A stretch of 64,000 nucleotides of DNA, taken from contig CAZJGG010000003.1 in NCBI GenBank assembly GCA_964545475.1, forward strand, positions 757 to 64,756, written 5' to 3'. The notes under the pieces were generated by a model. That model was not told where the DNA came from. It did not search any database and saw nothing but the letters and a program-made list of their open reading frames with translations. Below, one piece after another: positions 37,022 through 46,898 of the stretch. Source of the stretch: an uncultured Eubacteriales bacterium. Lineage in GTDB: Bacteria > Bacillota > Clostridia > Lachnospirales > JAISER01. Position 1 is the first letter of the stretch, and every line of letters starts with the position of its first letter. The translations under genes were made by a program, and so were the position numbers.

Positions 37022-37045
37022 ATTTTCTCCTCCTATAATAAAAGC

Positions 37046-37073
37046 CCTCCTAAATGATAATACATTTAGGAGG
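37046..37073 (-). other. hairpin between kbl and sdaAB (internal attenuator/processing candidate)
   Basis: cctcctaaatg - 6 nt - catttaggagg. On the minus strand it is followed by gcttttatta and then the sdaAB RBS. Confidence 0.4.
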
Positions 37074-37084
37074 TGGTTTTTAAA

Positions 37085-38281
37085 TTACTTATTACATTCC
37101 ACGCACTCTTTTATAATGTTAATTGCGTGGTCAATGTCGGCGTAAGTAAGGGCATCGGATATTTGAAGCCTTATTCTTGCTTCACCCTCTTTCACAACAG
37201 GGAAACCGAAGCCGATTGCATAAATTCCTTTTTTAAGCATACTTTCTGATATTTTTATAGCTTTTGCTGTGTCGTGCACAATTATTGGAATAATTGCACT
37301 GTCACCCTCAAGAGGGTTAAGCCCAGCTTTTTTAATATTTTCTCTTGCATATTTAGTTTTTTCTTTTAATGATTCTACTATTTGCGGATTTTTCTCTAAA
37401 TATTCAATAGAAGCCATAGCTATTGCGCATAAAACCGGAGGTAAAGCGTTTGAAAATAAGTGAGGCCTTGATTTTTGCACAAGCATTTCACAAACGGATT
37501 TTTTAGCTGCAATAAAACCGCCGCCTGCGCCGCCTAAGGCTTTACCGAAAGTACCGGAAATAATGTCTACACCTTCTGTAACTCCGTGGTATTCCATTGT
37601 TCCTCTGCCGGTTTTGCCGATAACACCTGTAGCGTGGGATTCGTCAACCATTAATATTGCATTATACTTTTTACATAATTCAATAATTTGGGGAAGGGGT
37701 GCTATGTCTCCTTCCATAGAGAAAACCCCGTCTGTTACAACAAGAACAGTTCCCATATCCTTAGTTTGCTGAAGCTTTTCTTCTAAAGAAGCCATATCAG
37801 CATGTTTGTAAACAAGCTTTTCAACGCCTTTTAAAACCATTCTGCACCCATCAATAATGCTTGCATGATTTAATTCGTCGGAAATAACAGCATCTCCGCT
37901 GGAAAGAAGAGCTCCAATGCTGCCTGTGTTTGCGGCAAAGCAAGAAGAGTAGGTCAAAGAAGCTTCCATGCCTAAAAACTGGGCAACTTTATTTTCAAGC
38001 TGGCGGTGAATATCAAATGTGCCGCAAATAAACCGTACGCTTGAAGCTCCAGAGCCATATTTCTGCAAAGCGCTAATTCCGGCTTCAATTATTTCCTTTT
38101 TATCCGCAAGCCCAATGTAATTATTAGAGCACATTATAATTTCTTCGCCAAAACCTTCAACATTTGCGCTTCTGGACATAGCTCCCGTAACATGTTTCAA
38201 GGTTTTGTATGTTTTCAGCTCTTTTAAATTATCAATATCTTTTTGAAGCTGCTCATAAAAATTTTTTCTCATAAAACTCAA
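37085..38281 (-). CDS. kbl: glycine C-acetyltransferase (2-amino-3-ketobutyrate CoA ligase)
   Basis: Alpha-oxoamine synthase family: NNYIGL, DELNHASIIDG, VDESHATG, SGTFGKALGG (PLP Lys). Paired with tdh. Confidence 0.9.
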   Translation of the reverse strand: MSFMRKNFYEQLQKDIDNLKELKTYKTLKHVTGAMSRSANVEGFGEEIIMCSNNYIGLADKKEIIEAGISALQKYGSGASSVRFICGTFDIHRQLENKVAQFLGMEASLTYSSCFAANTGSIGALLSSGDAVISDELNHASIIDGCRMVLKGVEKLVYKHADMASLEEKLQQTKDMGTVLVVTDGVFSMEGDIAPLPQIIELCKKYNAILMVDESHATGVIGKTGRGTMEYHGVTEGVDIISGTFGKALGGAGGGFIAAKKSVCEMLVQKSRPHLFSNALPPVLCAIAMASIEYLEKNPQIVESLKEKTKYARENIKKAGLNPLEGDSAIIPIIVHDTAKAIKISESMLKKGIYAIGFGFPVVKEGEARIRLQISDALTYADIDHAINIIKECVECNK

Positions 38282-38287
38282 TCCTTT

Positions 38288-39322
38288 TTACCAGTTTAAT
38301 ATAACTTTGCCAGAATTTCCGCTTGCCATAATTTCAAATGCTTCTTCATAATCATCAACGCTGTATTCATGGGTTATTATTGGCGTAATGTCAAGACCGG
38401 ACTGCAGCATAGTTGTCATTTTATACCATGTTTCATACATTTCACGTCCGTAAATGCCTTTAATTGTTAAGCAGTTAAATACAATTTTGTTCCAGTCTAC
38501 AACGGTTTCCGGTGCTTGTATTCCTAAAACGGCAATTTTACCGCCGTGGCACATGTTGTCTATCATGTCGTTAAAGGCGTATTTGTTGCCGGACATTTCA
38601 AGACCAACATCAAAACCCTCTTTCATGTTAAGCTGTTTCCGAATTTCAGAAAGAGATGTTTCTTTTGTGTTTACTACGTGTTTTATGCCCATTTTCTTTG
38701 CAAGTTCCAGCCTGTAAGGGTTAATATCTGTAATAACCACATGTCTTGCGCCGGCGTGTTTAACAACCGCTCCAGCCATAATACCAATTGGACCTGCACC
38801 TGTAATTAAAACATCTTCGCCAAGAACGTCAAAAGAAAGAGCAGTGTGTACTGCATTACCAAACGGGTCAAATAAACTGAAAAGTCTGTCATCCAAAGTT
38901 TCATCGCAAAGCCAAACGTTTGAAATATTTATTGCTAAATATTCAGCAAAGGCCCCGTTGCGGTTAACCCCAACGCCGCTTGTGTTAGGGCAAAGATGGC
39001 GTCTCCCGGCAAGGCAGTTGCGGCAAGTTCCGCAAACCAAATGCCCTTCGCCGGATACTAAATCACCTTTTTTAACGCTGTGAACATTACTTCCAACTTC
39101 ATAAACTTCACCAACAAATTCGTGACCAATAGTCATAGGAACAGGAATTGTTTTTTGTGCCCAATCATTCCATTCATAAATATGAACATCAGTTCCGCAT
39201 ATTGAGGTTCTTTTAATTTTAATAAGAACTTCATTTATTCCGATAGTAGGTATTTCAGTTTCGTCCATCCAAATACCTTTTTTGGGATATTTTTTAATTA
39301 AAGCTTTCATTTTTCCATTCAT
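38288..39322 (-). CDS. tdh: L-threonine 3-dehydrogenase
   Basis: Zn-dependent MDR dehydrogenase: [16 protein letters not shown], the structural-Zn Cys cluster [15 protein letters not shown], and GAGPIG. Confidence 0.9.
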   Translation of the reverse strand: MNGKMKALIKKYPKKGIWMDETEIPTIGINEVLIKIKRTSICGTDVHIYEWNDWAQKTIPVPMTIGHEFVGEVYEVGSNVHSVKKGDLVSGEGHLVCGTCRNCLAGRRHLCPNTSGVGVNRNGAFAEYLAINISNVWLCDETLDDRLFSLFDPFGNAVHTALSFDVLGEDVLITGAGPIGIMAGAVVKHAGARHVVITDINPYRLELAKKMGIKHVVNTKETSLSEIRKQLNMKEGFDVGLEMSGNKYAFNDMIDNMCHGGKIAVLGIQAPETVVDWNKIVFNCLTIKGIYGREMYETWYKMTTMLQSGLDITPIITHEYSVDDYEEAFEIMASGNSGKVILNW

Positions 39323-39331
39323 TTTATCACC

Positions 39332-40561
39332 TTAGAAATTAATATTTATTTGTTTACCTTCTTTTCTGTATGAAGCATATTCAGAAATTGCAGTAAACAA
39401 TACGTCTGTTGAGGAATTAAGCGCTGTTTCGCAAGAGTCTTGAACAACACCAATAATAAAGCCTACACCTACAACCTGCATTGCAATGTCATTGGAGATA
39501 CCGAATAAGCTGCAAGCTAAAGGTATTAAAAGAAGAGAGCCGCCGGCAACCCCGGAAGCACCGCAAGCGCTTACTGCGGATAAAACGCTCAATATAATAG
39601 CAGTTGGAATATCCACTGAAATGCCTAGAGTGTTTACAGCTGCAAGAGTAAGTACTGAAATTGTAACAGCAGCGCCTGTCATGTTAACAGTTGCGCCTAA
39701 AGGTATAGAAACTGAATAAGTGTCTTTGTTAAGCCCTAAATTTGCGCATAAGCTCATGTTTACAGGAATGTTAGCAGCGGAGCTTCTTGTGAAAAATGCT
39801 GTTATGCCACTTTCTTTTAAACATTTAAAAACAAGGGGATATGGGTTTTTTCTTATGTATATGAAAGTAATTAAAGGATTTACAATAAAAGCAACAAAAA
39901 GCATTGTTCCAACTAAAAGCCCGAGAAGTTTTCCATATCCAAGCAAAGCTTCTATTCCGCTTGTTGCGATAGATTCATATACAAGACCCATTATGCCCAA
40001 AGGAGCAAAGCTTATTACTAAACGTACAGTTTGAGACAAAGCTTCTGAAAAATTTTGTATTACAAGTTTAGTAGAGTCTGATGCTTTTCTTAAAGCCATG
40101 CCAAAAAGCACTGCCCAAGAAAGTACGCCTATGTAATTGGCATTATACAAAGCTTTAACAGGGTTGTCTACTATGTTCATTAAAAGTTTTTGTAAAACTT
40201 CGGTAACATTGCCTGGAGGTGTCATATCTGTAACCCCAGCCGCAAGAGTTAAAGAAACAGGGAACATAAAGCTTGCAACAACAGCTATAAAGCCAGCAAT
40301 AAAAGTTCCGAGTAAATAAAGGATTACAATGGATTTCATATTTGTTTGTTTACCGCTAACATGCTGTGAAATCGCAGACATTACAAGGAAAAAAACAAGC
40401 AGTGGAGCAATTGCCTTTAATGCGCCTACAAAAAGTGCCCCGAATATAGTTAAAAAAGAAGCCCCTGGTAAAACCAAAGCCAACACAATACCTACAATTA
40501 GCCCGACGATAATTCGCTTAACGAGACTAATGTTATTCCATGCAGTAAATAAATTGTTCAT
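39332..40561 (-). CDS. sstT: serine/threonine:Na+ symporter (DAACS family)
   Basis: 409 aa, N-terminus [16 protein letters not shown], with [11 protein letters not shown] and [10 protein letters not shown] motifs as in SstT. Confidence 0.85.
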   Translation of the reverse strand: MNNLFTAWNNISLVKRIIVGLIVGIVLALVLPGASFLTIFGALFVGALKAIAPLLVFFLVMSAISQHVSGKQTNMKSIVILYLLGTFIAGFIAVVASFMFPVSLTLAAGVTDMTPPGNVTEVLQKLLMNIVDNPVKALYNANYIGVLSWAVLFGMALRKASDSTKLVIQNFSEALSQTVRLVISFAPLGIMGLVYESIATSGIEALLGYGKLLGLLVGTMLFVAFIVNPLITFIYIRKNPYPLVFKCLKESGITAFFTRSSAANIPVNMSLCANLGLNKDTYSVSIPLGATVNMTGAAVTISVLTLAAVNTLGISVDIPTAIILSVLSAVSACGASGVAGGSLLLIPLACSLFGISNDIAMQVVGVGFIIGVVQDSCETALNSSTDVLFTAISEYASYRKEGKQININF

Positions 40562-40603
40562 AAATCATACCCTCTCTCTTTTATGTATTATAGTACAATT
40601 TCA

Positions 40604-40632
40604 ATTATATATTGACATTGTATGACTGTCAA
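40604..40632 (-). promoter_or_regulatory. consensus sigma-A promoter for the sstT-tdh-kbl-sda operon
   Basis: Minus strand reads TTGACA (40632..40627) - 17 nt - TATAAT (40609..40604). Confidence 0.6.
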
Positions 40633-40640
40633 TATATAAT
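40612..40640 (+). promoter_or_regulatory. consensus sigma-A promoter for the MocR-type regulator, overlapping the divergent promoter
   Basis: TTGACA (40612..40617) - 17 nt - TATAAT (40635..40640). Confidence 0.6.
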
Positions 40641-40655
40641 TGTATGCAATACAAT
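40639..40655. promoter_or_regulatory. operator candidate: palindrome attgtat-gca-atacaat; ATTGTATG direct repeat
   Basis: The palindrome sits at the predicted +1 of the regulator promoter. ATTGTATG occurs at 40617..40624 and 40639..40646, spaced 22 bp apart. Confidence 0.4.
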
Positions 40656-40677
40656 TTAAATATTTAGGTGATTTTTT

Positions 40678-42069
40678 GTGTGGAATGTTAAAACAATTAA
40701 TACAGATATGCCCCTTTATTTGGCAATAACTGATGCAATTGAAAGAGATATTAGAACAGGTGTTTTAAAACCAGGGGAAAAAATGCCAACTCATAGGGAA
40801 TTGGGCAAAATAATAGGAGTAAATGTGTCCACAATTACAAAGGCTTACAAGCAAGCCGAAAAAATAGGGCTGATTACATCTACAGTTGGAAGCGGCACAT
40901 TTGTTTCATCGGATTTAGGTTTAAATTCGTCTTTGCTTAATACTGAAAAAGCAAATGGGGAACTTATAGAAATGGGGCTGACATTGCCGCTTTACTGCGC
41001 CGAACCGGACTTAAAGGATATAATCTTAAAGGTTGTAAACCAGTCCAATGTAAATATGTTTATGCGGTATATTTCCCCCAACGGTTTGCAGCAGCACAGG
41101 GAAATTGGTGCGGAGTGGGTGAGGCAATACGGTATTACTGCAGGAGCTGAAAATATTATTATAACAGCAGGGGCGCAACATGCAATTTTGTGCATATTGT
41201 CTTCTCTTTTTAATCAAGGAGATAAAATAGCAGTAGACTGCTTAACATACCCGGGGGTTAAAACTGCTGCAAAAAGGCTCGGCTTAAGGCTGGCTGGCAT
41301 AGCTATCGACGATGAAGGGATGATTCCACAAAGCCTTGAATCCGCTTGCAAAAACAATGAAATAAAAGGGATTTATACAGTTTCTGATATGCAGAACCCT
41401 ACAAACGCTAAAATGTCTGAAAGCAGGTTAAGGGAAATTGCTGAAATTATTGAAAGATATGATTTAATTTTGATTGAGGATGACTTATATCGTTTTCTTT
41501 CAGACAATCCGGCTAACACATTGACTTCCCTTATTCCAGATAGAAGCATATATATTGGGGGATTGTCAAAAGCATTTTATACTGGGCTTAGAATTTCTTT
41601 TGTGGTTTCTCCTAAGCAATACTACAGCAGAATTTCTCAAGCGGTTGTAGACACAATATGGATGGCATCACAGCTTAATGCGGAAATAGTTTGTAAATGT
41701 ATTGAAACAGGTATCGCCAACAAAATTATAAGATTAAAAAGGCAAGAACTAAAAAAAAGGGCGGAGTTGTTTTGTGAAAAAATGGTTGACTTCACATATT
41801 CATATAGCCCTTACAGCATGTTTGTATGGCTAACGCTTCCTAAGGACTGGAGTAGTTACGAATTTGAGAAAACTGCAAATTCTAACGGTATTAACATAGT
41901 TACAGCTAATAAATTTGTTGTAGGAAATATTATGCCGCCAAACTGCATTCGTGTTTCGCTTTCAGGAACGGAGAGTTTAGCAGAATTTGAAAAAGGTCTT
42001 AATATTTTAAAAAATGTTTTAAACCGTGAATTTAGAGATATTGAAAATATTACTAATTATGTTTTATAA
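40678..42069 (+). CDS. MocR/GabR-type regulator (GntR wHTH fused to a fold-type-I aminotransferase-like domain)
   Basis: N-terminal LYLAITDAIERDIRTGVLKPGEKMPTHRELGKIIGVNVSTITKAY, followed by an aminotransferase-like body of about 350 aa containing SKAF (PLP Lys). GTG start. Confidence 0.85.
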   Translation: MWNVKTINTDMPLYLAITDAIERDIRTGVLKPGEKMPTHRELGKIIGVNVSTITKAYKQAEKIGLITSTVGSGTFVSSDLGLNSSLLNTEKANGELIEMGLTLPLYCAEPDLKDIILKVVNQSNVNMFMRYISPNGLQQHREIGAEWVRQYGITAGAENIIITAGAQHAILCILSSLFNQGDKIAVDCLTYPGVKTAAKRLGLRLAGIAIDDEGMIPQSLESACKNNEIKGIYTVSDMQNPTNAKMSESRLREIAEIIERYDLILIEDDLYRFLSDNPANTLTSLIPDRSIYIGGLSKAFYTGLRISFVVSPKQYYSRISQAVVDTIWMASQLNAEIVCKCIETGIANKIIRLKRQELKKRAELFCEKMVDFTYSYSPYSMFVWLTLPKDWSSYEFEKTANSNGINIVTANKFVVGNIMPPNCIRVSLSGTESLAEFEKGLNILKNVLNREFRDIENITNYVL

Positions 42070-42106
42070 AAAAACTCATCCCCCAATAAGAGGGATGAGT
42101 TTTTTA
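42068..42106. terminator. bidirectional terminator
   Basis: aaaaaactcatccc - loop - gggatgagtttttt, between convergent genes. Confidence 0.8.
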
Positions 42107-44632
42107 TTAGTTTGTTACATTAATTGTTACGCTAATAGTACCTTTATTGTAATTGGAATCAGTACCTCTGTAAGTTGAAGTATAAGCGCCAGTTGTAGTA
42201 GTTGAAGATACTGAACCGTAGATTCTACCGTTAATATAGTCAAAAGCTACATTTGAAGGAAGTTCGCCGCCAATTTTTTCCCAATAAACTTTAGAGCTTG
42301 TGTTAGCTGATAAGTTAATTGTAGAAATTGTACTTCCGCTTCTTACAGTTTGAGGGTTATTGGAAGCGTAAACTGATAAGCTTCCGGAACTATCATTTGA
42401 ATAACCACTCCAGCTGAAAGATTTTCCAGCAGCAACATATCCGTCATTGTTTACATAAAGATTATAGCTTTTATTGCTTGTTAAATCAAAGTTTAACGTT
42501 AATTCATAACAACCTTTTGAGCTGTTGTAATAAGTGCTTGAAACGGTGTTGTTATTATAATTTTTATAGTAAGAAGAACCGTAATAACCGTTATTATAAT
42601 AACCATTATTATAATAATATCTGCCGTAGTTGTCATAATAAGCATACTGTATTAAAGTACCGTCAAGCTCGTTATACTTTATGCCATCATAATAACCGTA
42701 TCTGCCGTAAATATAGTTGCCGTATCTATCGTAGATACCATCGTTGCAGTAACTAAATTTGTTATATCTGTCGTAATAACCGAAATAGCCGTCTCTGTAA
42801 GTTAAGAGGTTGCCATATTTGTCATAATAACCATCTTTAATTGTAACTATGCGACCATCTCTTGAATAGTAGCCGTCTCTGTAGAAGTATACGTAATTAC
42901 CGTATTCGTCAAGGTAATTGTATTTTCCGCCATAATAACCGGGCGGGTAATAATTGTAATCATAATCGTAATAATTATAATAGTATCCGCTTGAAAGTGA
43001 AGTATCGGATACCCAGAATGACAAACCACTGTGATAAGGCATATAAACTTCAAGAGTACGAGAACCCGTTGTAGTTATGCTTGATACGCTTATTCCCCAT
43101 GGGTTGTAGTAGGTGATGCCGCCGTAGTAGCCGCCATAATACCCACCGTTATAATAAGGATCATAATATGGGTCATAATCAAGGTATCTTCCGTATACTT
43201 TTCGACCATAAGAGTCATAATAATATACACCGTTACTATCTTGGTAATATGAAATTCTTGAATTAGAACCTGCACCTAAAACGTAAGGACCAACAGATGT
43301 TGATTGACCAACGCTGAAGTTACCAAGACCGTTGCCGGAAGTATAACCGTCTCTGCCGCCGGAAACTGATGCGGAGAAAATAGTAGTACCGGTAACGTTG
43401 CTGTCAATTGAAAGCTTTGCATCTTTAACATTAAACGCAACGCTGTTTGCGCTTATTTTAGAGGAAGAAATAGCTCCTGTACCGGAAATAACAGAATTCT
43501 GACCTCTAACGTTAAGAGTATTAATTGAGCCATAAACGTTAACTGTCGTGTTTGGTGCTGTGTTTAAAACGTTAAATTCTTGAACGTTTGAATTAGATTC
43601 AATAGTTACTTTTGAATTAGATTCAGAAACACTGATTCTGTTTGCTTTGCCGTTTTTAACAGCAACAGAAACATCAGATTTAACATCAATATTGCTGAAA
43701 TTGCCATCTAAAGTAACAAGCTTATTTCCGCTTTTAACAAGTGTATTGTTTACAACGGAATTAATGTCTGCACTTACTTTAACAGAATTTTCTTTGTTTT
43801 GTACAACTACAGAGTTAACCTGAGAAGAAACAAGGTTAACAGAATCCGGACCGCCGCCACGGATTACAAGTTTACCAGTAATTTTTACATTTTTAATTGT
43901 TACGCTTCCTTCAGCTACGCCTTCGGAAATAATAACGTCGCCGTTAACAGTCATGCCTGACAATGTTGAATAAGGAGAATTAACAATTACCGTACCTTTT
44001 ACATCTGTGTTAAGCGATTGTGTCTTTACGATTTCTTTAACAATAGTGTCAATAATTTTAATTGTTTCTGCTCGGGATATTGTTTCACGTGGCATAAAAG
44101 TTCCGTTAGGATAACCTTTTATGTATCCCTTGCTTTGGAATGTTGCAACAAAAGCTTTTGCATAGTTTGCAATTTCGTAATCGTCAGTAAAAGTTGAATT
44201 ATTTACAGACTGTTCAACATCAAACGCTTTGCCTAAAAGAGTAATCATATCTTGACGATTAATATATTCATTTGGTAACATGTTGTTGCCGCTGTCCGTC
44301 AAAACATCTGCTTGATAAACTCTTAAAAGTGAATCTTTGTAAGGACTGTATTCCAAATCGTTAAAAGATTTGGTGGCTTTAACTTTATAATTCATAATTT
44401 TGTCAAGCCAGAAAGCAATTTCCCCACGGGTAATAGCATCATCCGGTCTAAAATTAGAACCCGATTCAGAAATTACGCCATAATCAGTCCACTTTTGTAT
44501 CTCGATACTTGCCCAGTTGTTATCCGTGTCGGAATAAACAGATGCATTTGCCGGCACAAACCTATTGCCATAAGGCACAAATGTAATTGAAAGGACAAAT
44601 ACAAGTACAAATGCTACAAATTTCTTTTGCAT
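42107..44632 (-). CDS. secreted SLH-domain surface protein with beta-helix-like repeats, two Tyr-rich low-complexity blocks and a C-terminal Ig-like domain
   Basis: Signal peptide ending in PANA. Three SLH repeats (aa ~31-200). Repetitive V/N/S-rich region. Tyr/Gly/Asp/Asn blocks at aa 461-510 and 549-694. C-terminal segment resembles a putative-Ig domain. Confidence 0.8.
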   Translation of the reverse strand: MQKKFVAFVLVFVLSITFVPYGNRFVPANASVYSDTDNNWASIEIQKWTDYGVISESGSNFRPDDAITRGEIAFWLDKIMNYKVKATKSFNDLEYSPYKDSLLRVYQADVLTDSGNNMLPNEYINRQDMITLLGKAFDVEQSVNNSTFTDDYEIANYAKAFVATFQSKGYIKGYPNGTFMPRETISRAETIKIIDTIVKEIVKTQSLNTDVKGTVIVNSPYSTLSGMTVNGDVIISEGVAEGSVTIKNVKITGKLVIRGGGPDSVNLVSSQVNSVVVQNKENSVKVSADINSVVNNTLVKSGNKLVTLDGNFSNIDVKSDVSVAVKNGKANRISVSESNSKVTIESNSNVQEFNVLNTAPNTTVNVYGSINTLNVRGQNSVISGTGAISSSKISANSVAFNVKDAKLSIDSNVTGTTIFSASVSGGRDGYTSGNGLGNFSVGQSTSVGPYVLGAGSNSRISYYQDSNGVYYYDSYGRKVYGRYLDYDPYYDPYYNGGYYGGYYGGITYYNPWGISVSSITTTGSRTLEVYMPYHSGLSFWVSDTSLSSGYYYNYYDYDYNYYPPGYYGGKYNYLDEYGNYVYFYRDGYYSRDGRIVTIKDGYYDKYGNLLTYRDGYFGYYDRYNKFSYCNDGIYDRYGNYIYGRYGYYDGIKYNELDGTLIQYAYYDNYGRYYYNNGYYNNGYYGSSYYKNYNNNTVSSTYYNSSKGCYELTLNFDLTSNKSYNLYVNNDGYVAAGKSFSWSGYSNDSSGSLSVYASNNPQTVRSGSTISTINLSANTSSKVYWEKIGGELPSNVAFDYINGRIYGSVSSTTTTGAYTSTYRGTDSNYNKGTISVTINVTN

Positions 44633-44732
44633 TATAAACTACCTCCCTTAATGAACATTAAATATTAAATAAAGTTCGTTCATTGATAACATTATACAAC
44701 AATATACGAAAAAAATAAAGAGTAAGTTTTTA

Positions 44733-45596
44733 CTATTTGTTTAAATTTTTGTTTTTTCTTCGTAAAAATAACAAAATACCAAAAATTACCAGTATAAAAG
44801 ATAAAATTTGAGATATAGCTATGTTTGTACCCCAAAGATAAAGCTGGTCGGTTCTAAGCCCTTCAATAAAAAACCTGCCAAGCCCGTATCCTGCTAAATA
44901 AAGGCAGAAAATTGAGCCGTCTGTTTTTTTGCGTATTTTATATATATTCATTAAAGCAAACACAAATGCGCACCATAGAGATTCATACAAAAATGTTGGA
45001 TGAACCTGAATATACGGCGATTCGTTTACATATATAATATGCTCCTTAAGTATGTTAGGTACATATAAAAATGGGTCTATTTTAAGCTGCATCGCAAAAA
45101 GGCTATCTGTAAAACCACCGAAAGCTTCCCTATTAAAAAAATTACCCCACCTCCCAATGGCTTGACCTAAAATTAGACCAGGGGCTGTCGTGTCCGCAAA
45201 AAGCCAGAAGTTTAGTTTGTGTTTTTTGGTATACCAAATTGCCGTTAAAACAGCGAATATTACGCCGCCGTAAATTGCAAGCCCACCCTCTCTTGTAGCG
45301 AAAATTTTAATCAAATTGTCTTTATATTCGTCCCAGGTAAAAATAACATAATATAGCCTAGCCCCTATGACGCTTGTAATAATTACATAATATAAAAAGT
45401 TTGTGTAAATATCCGGGTCTTGCCCGGTTCTTTTCGCTTCGTGTATGGCGTAATATGTACCGGCTAATATGCCTGAACATATTATTAGCCCGTAAAAATA
45501 AATATCCAGCCCAAAAACTGAAAATGCTACTCTTGATAAATTATTAATTTCAATACCCATATTTGGAAAAATTACGTCAGGCATATTTTCCTCCAA
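44733..45596 (-). CDS. lgt: prolipoprotein diacylglyceryl transferase
   Basis: GARLYYV, GGLAIYGG, GRWGNFFNREAFG, HPTFLYESLW. Confidence 0.93.
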   Translation of the reverse strand: MEENMPDVIFPNMGIEINNLSRVAFSVFGLDIYFYGLIICSGILAGTYYAIHEAKRTGQDPDIYTNFLYYVIITSVIGARLYYVIFTWDEYKDNLIKIFATREGGLAIYGGVIFAVLTAIWYTKKHKLNFWLFADTTAPGLILGQAIGRWGNFFNREAFGGFTDSLFAMQLKIDPFLYVPNILKEHIIYVNESPYIQVHPTFLYESLWCAFVFALMNIYKIRKKTDGSIFCLYLAGYGLGRFFIEGLRTDQLYLWGTNIAISQILSFILVIFGILLFLRRKNKNLNK

Positions 45597-45601
45597 GATT
45601 A

Positions 45602-46879
45602 TTATTGTTTTACTGTGCTTACAGGGCGCATGATTGACAAACTGTAATTATCGTCTTTAAAGAGCTTTTCAAGCTTTTTCTGCGTTTCTTCTAAGCTGCA
45701 TTTTTTCAAAGCCTCTAAAAAATCAAATAAATGCAAAGATTTATTGAAAAGGCTTGTCTGCCCCATAGCAATTGCGTCAATATCGTTAAAGCTTCTGTAA
45801 AAACGCCCTAAATGCTTGTTTTTAATTTGCTCGAAGCGTTCTTGGCATATTCCGTCTTTTTTAACCTTATTTATTTCTTCTATAATAAGCTCCGTTGTTT
45901 TTTCGGGGTTTTCGCATGTGCCGGAAAAAACTGCTGTTCCAAAAAAGCTTTCGGCGCTGTATTCAAGAGAAACAGGCCCGTCTATATGCCCTTTTTCATA
46001 AAGAGTGTTAAAAAAGTTAGAGCTTAGCCCTGCCAAAACGTCCATTAAAATCTTTGTGCCAACCATGCGGTTTTCAATGCTTTCACATAGGTTTGTCTCT
46101 TTAAACCCTAAAGAAAACATAGGGCGAGACAATTCCATCTCCGCTTCTGTTTTGCTTTTTAAAATTCCGTTAGGTTCTTCGCCGTAAAGACTTTTAATTT
46201 CTCGTTTTTCCAGTTTTTTAATTTTTTTCTCAGCCATTTCATAAATTTTGTTTTCATCAAAATCCCCAACACATATTAAAGCACTGTTTTCAGCATAATA
46301 AAATGTATTGAAGCAGTTTTCAAGCATATCTTTTGTAATAGAAGTTATACTTTCAACAGAGCCTGCAATATTATTTCTTACAGGGCAGTTTTTGTAAAGG
46401 GCTTGCATAAGATTAAGCCGCATTTGCCAAAAAGCGTTGTCGTCATACATTCTGATTTCCTGAGCAATTATGCCTTTTTCTTTTTCAACATTTTTTTCTG
46501 TTAGCTTAATTCTTTGGGTAAACTCAAGAAGCAAATCCAAGTTTTCATAAAAATTATCAATACCGCTGAAATAATAAGCGGTATTTAAAATGTTGGTAAA
46601 GGCATTAACATTTGCGCCGTTTTCGGTAAACTTGTTAAAAACGTTAATTTCTTCATCTTCAAAAAGCTTGTGCTCTAAAAAATGAGCTATGCCTTCCGGA
46701 GTTTTTACAGTTTTTCCGTTATACTCGAAAGCTGTGTCGCAAGAGCCATAATTAACGCAAAGAACGGCTTCTTTTTCAGCAAACCGCTCCTTTGGAATTA
46801 TATAACAGGTAAGCCCGTTTGACAACACATTTATTTTAATGGACATTCCAAGGGTTTCGTCATAGTAAGTCTTTTCCAT
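45602..46879 (-). CDS. M16-family zinc peptidase, catalytic-type subunit
   Basis: HxxEH motif, GIAHFLEHKLFE. 425 aa. Confidence 0.82.
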   Translation of the reverse strand: MEKTYYDETLGMSIKINVLSNGLTCYIIPKERFAEKEAVLCVNYGSCDTAFEYNGKTVKTPEGIAHFLEHKLFEDEEINVFNKFTENGANVNAFTNILNTAYYFSGIDNFYENLDLLLEFTQRIKLTEKNVEKEKGIIAQEIRMYDDNAFWQMRLNLMQALYKNCPVRNNIAGSVESITSITKDMLENCFNTFYYAENSALICVGDFDENKIYEMAEKKIKKLEKREIKSLYGEEPNGILKSKTEAEMELSRPMFSLGFKETNLCESIENRMVGTKILMDVLAGLSSNFFNTLYEKGHIDGPVSLEYSAESFFGTAVFSGTCENPEKTTELIIEEINKVKKDGICQERFEQIKNKHLGRFYRSFNDIDAIAMGQTSLFNKSLHLFDFLEALKKCSLEETQKKLEKLFKDDNYSLSIMRPVSTVKQ

Positions 46880-46898
46880 AATTATTCACCTAATGCTA

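Noticed and set aside
42478-43275. Periodic short DNA repeats (ataata/gta units) that could be mistaken for a CRISPR-like or tandem-repeat locus, plus the Asn/Arg/Tyr-rich ORFs on both strands
   Set aside because: The periodicity is explained by Tyr/Gly/Asn/Asp codon reiteration inside the long SLH-protein ORF. There is no repeat-spacer architecture.
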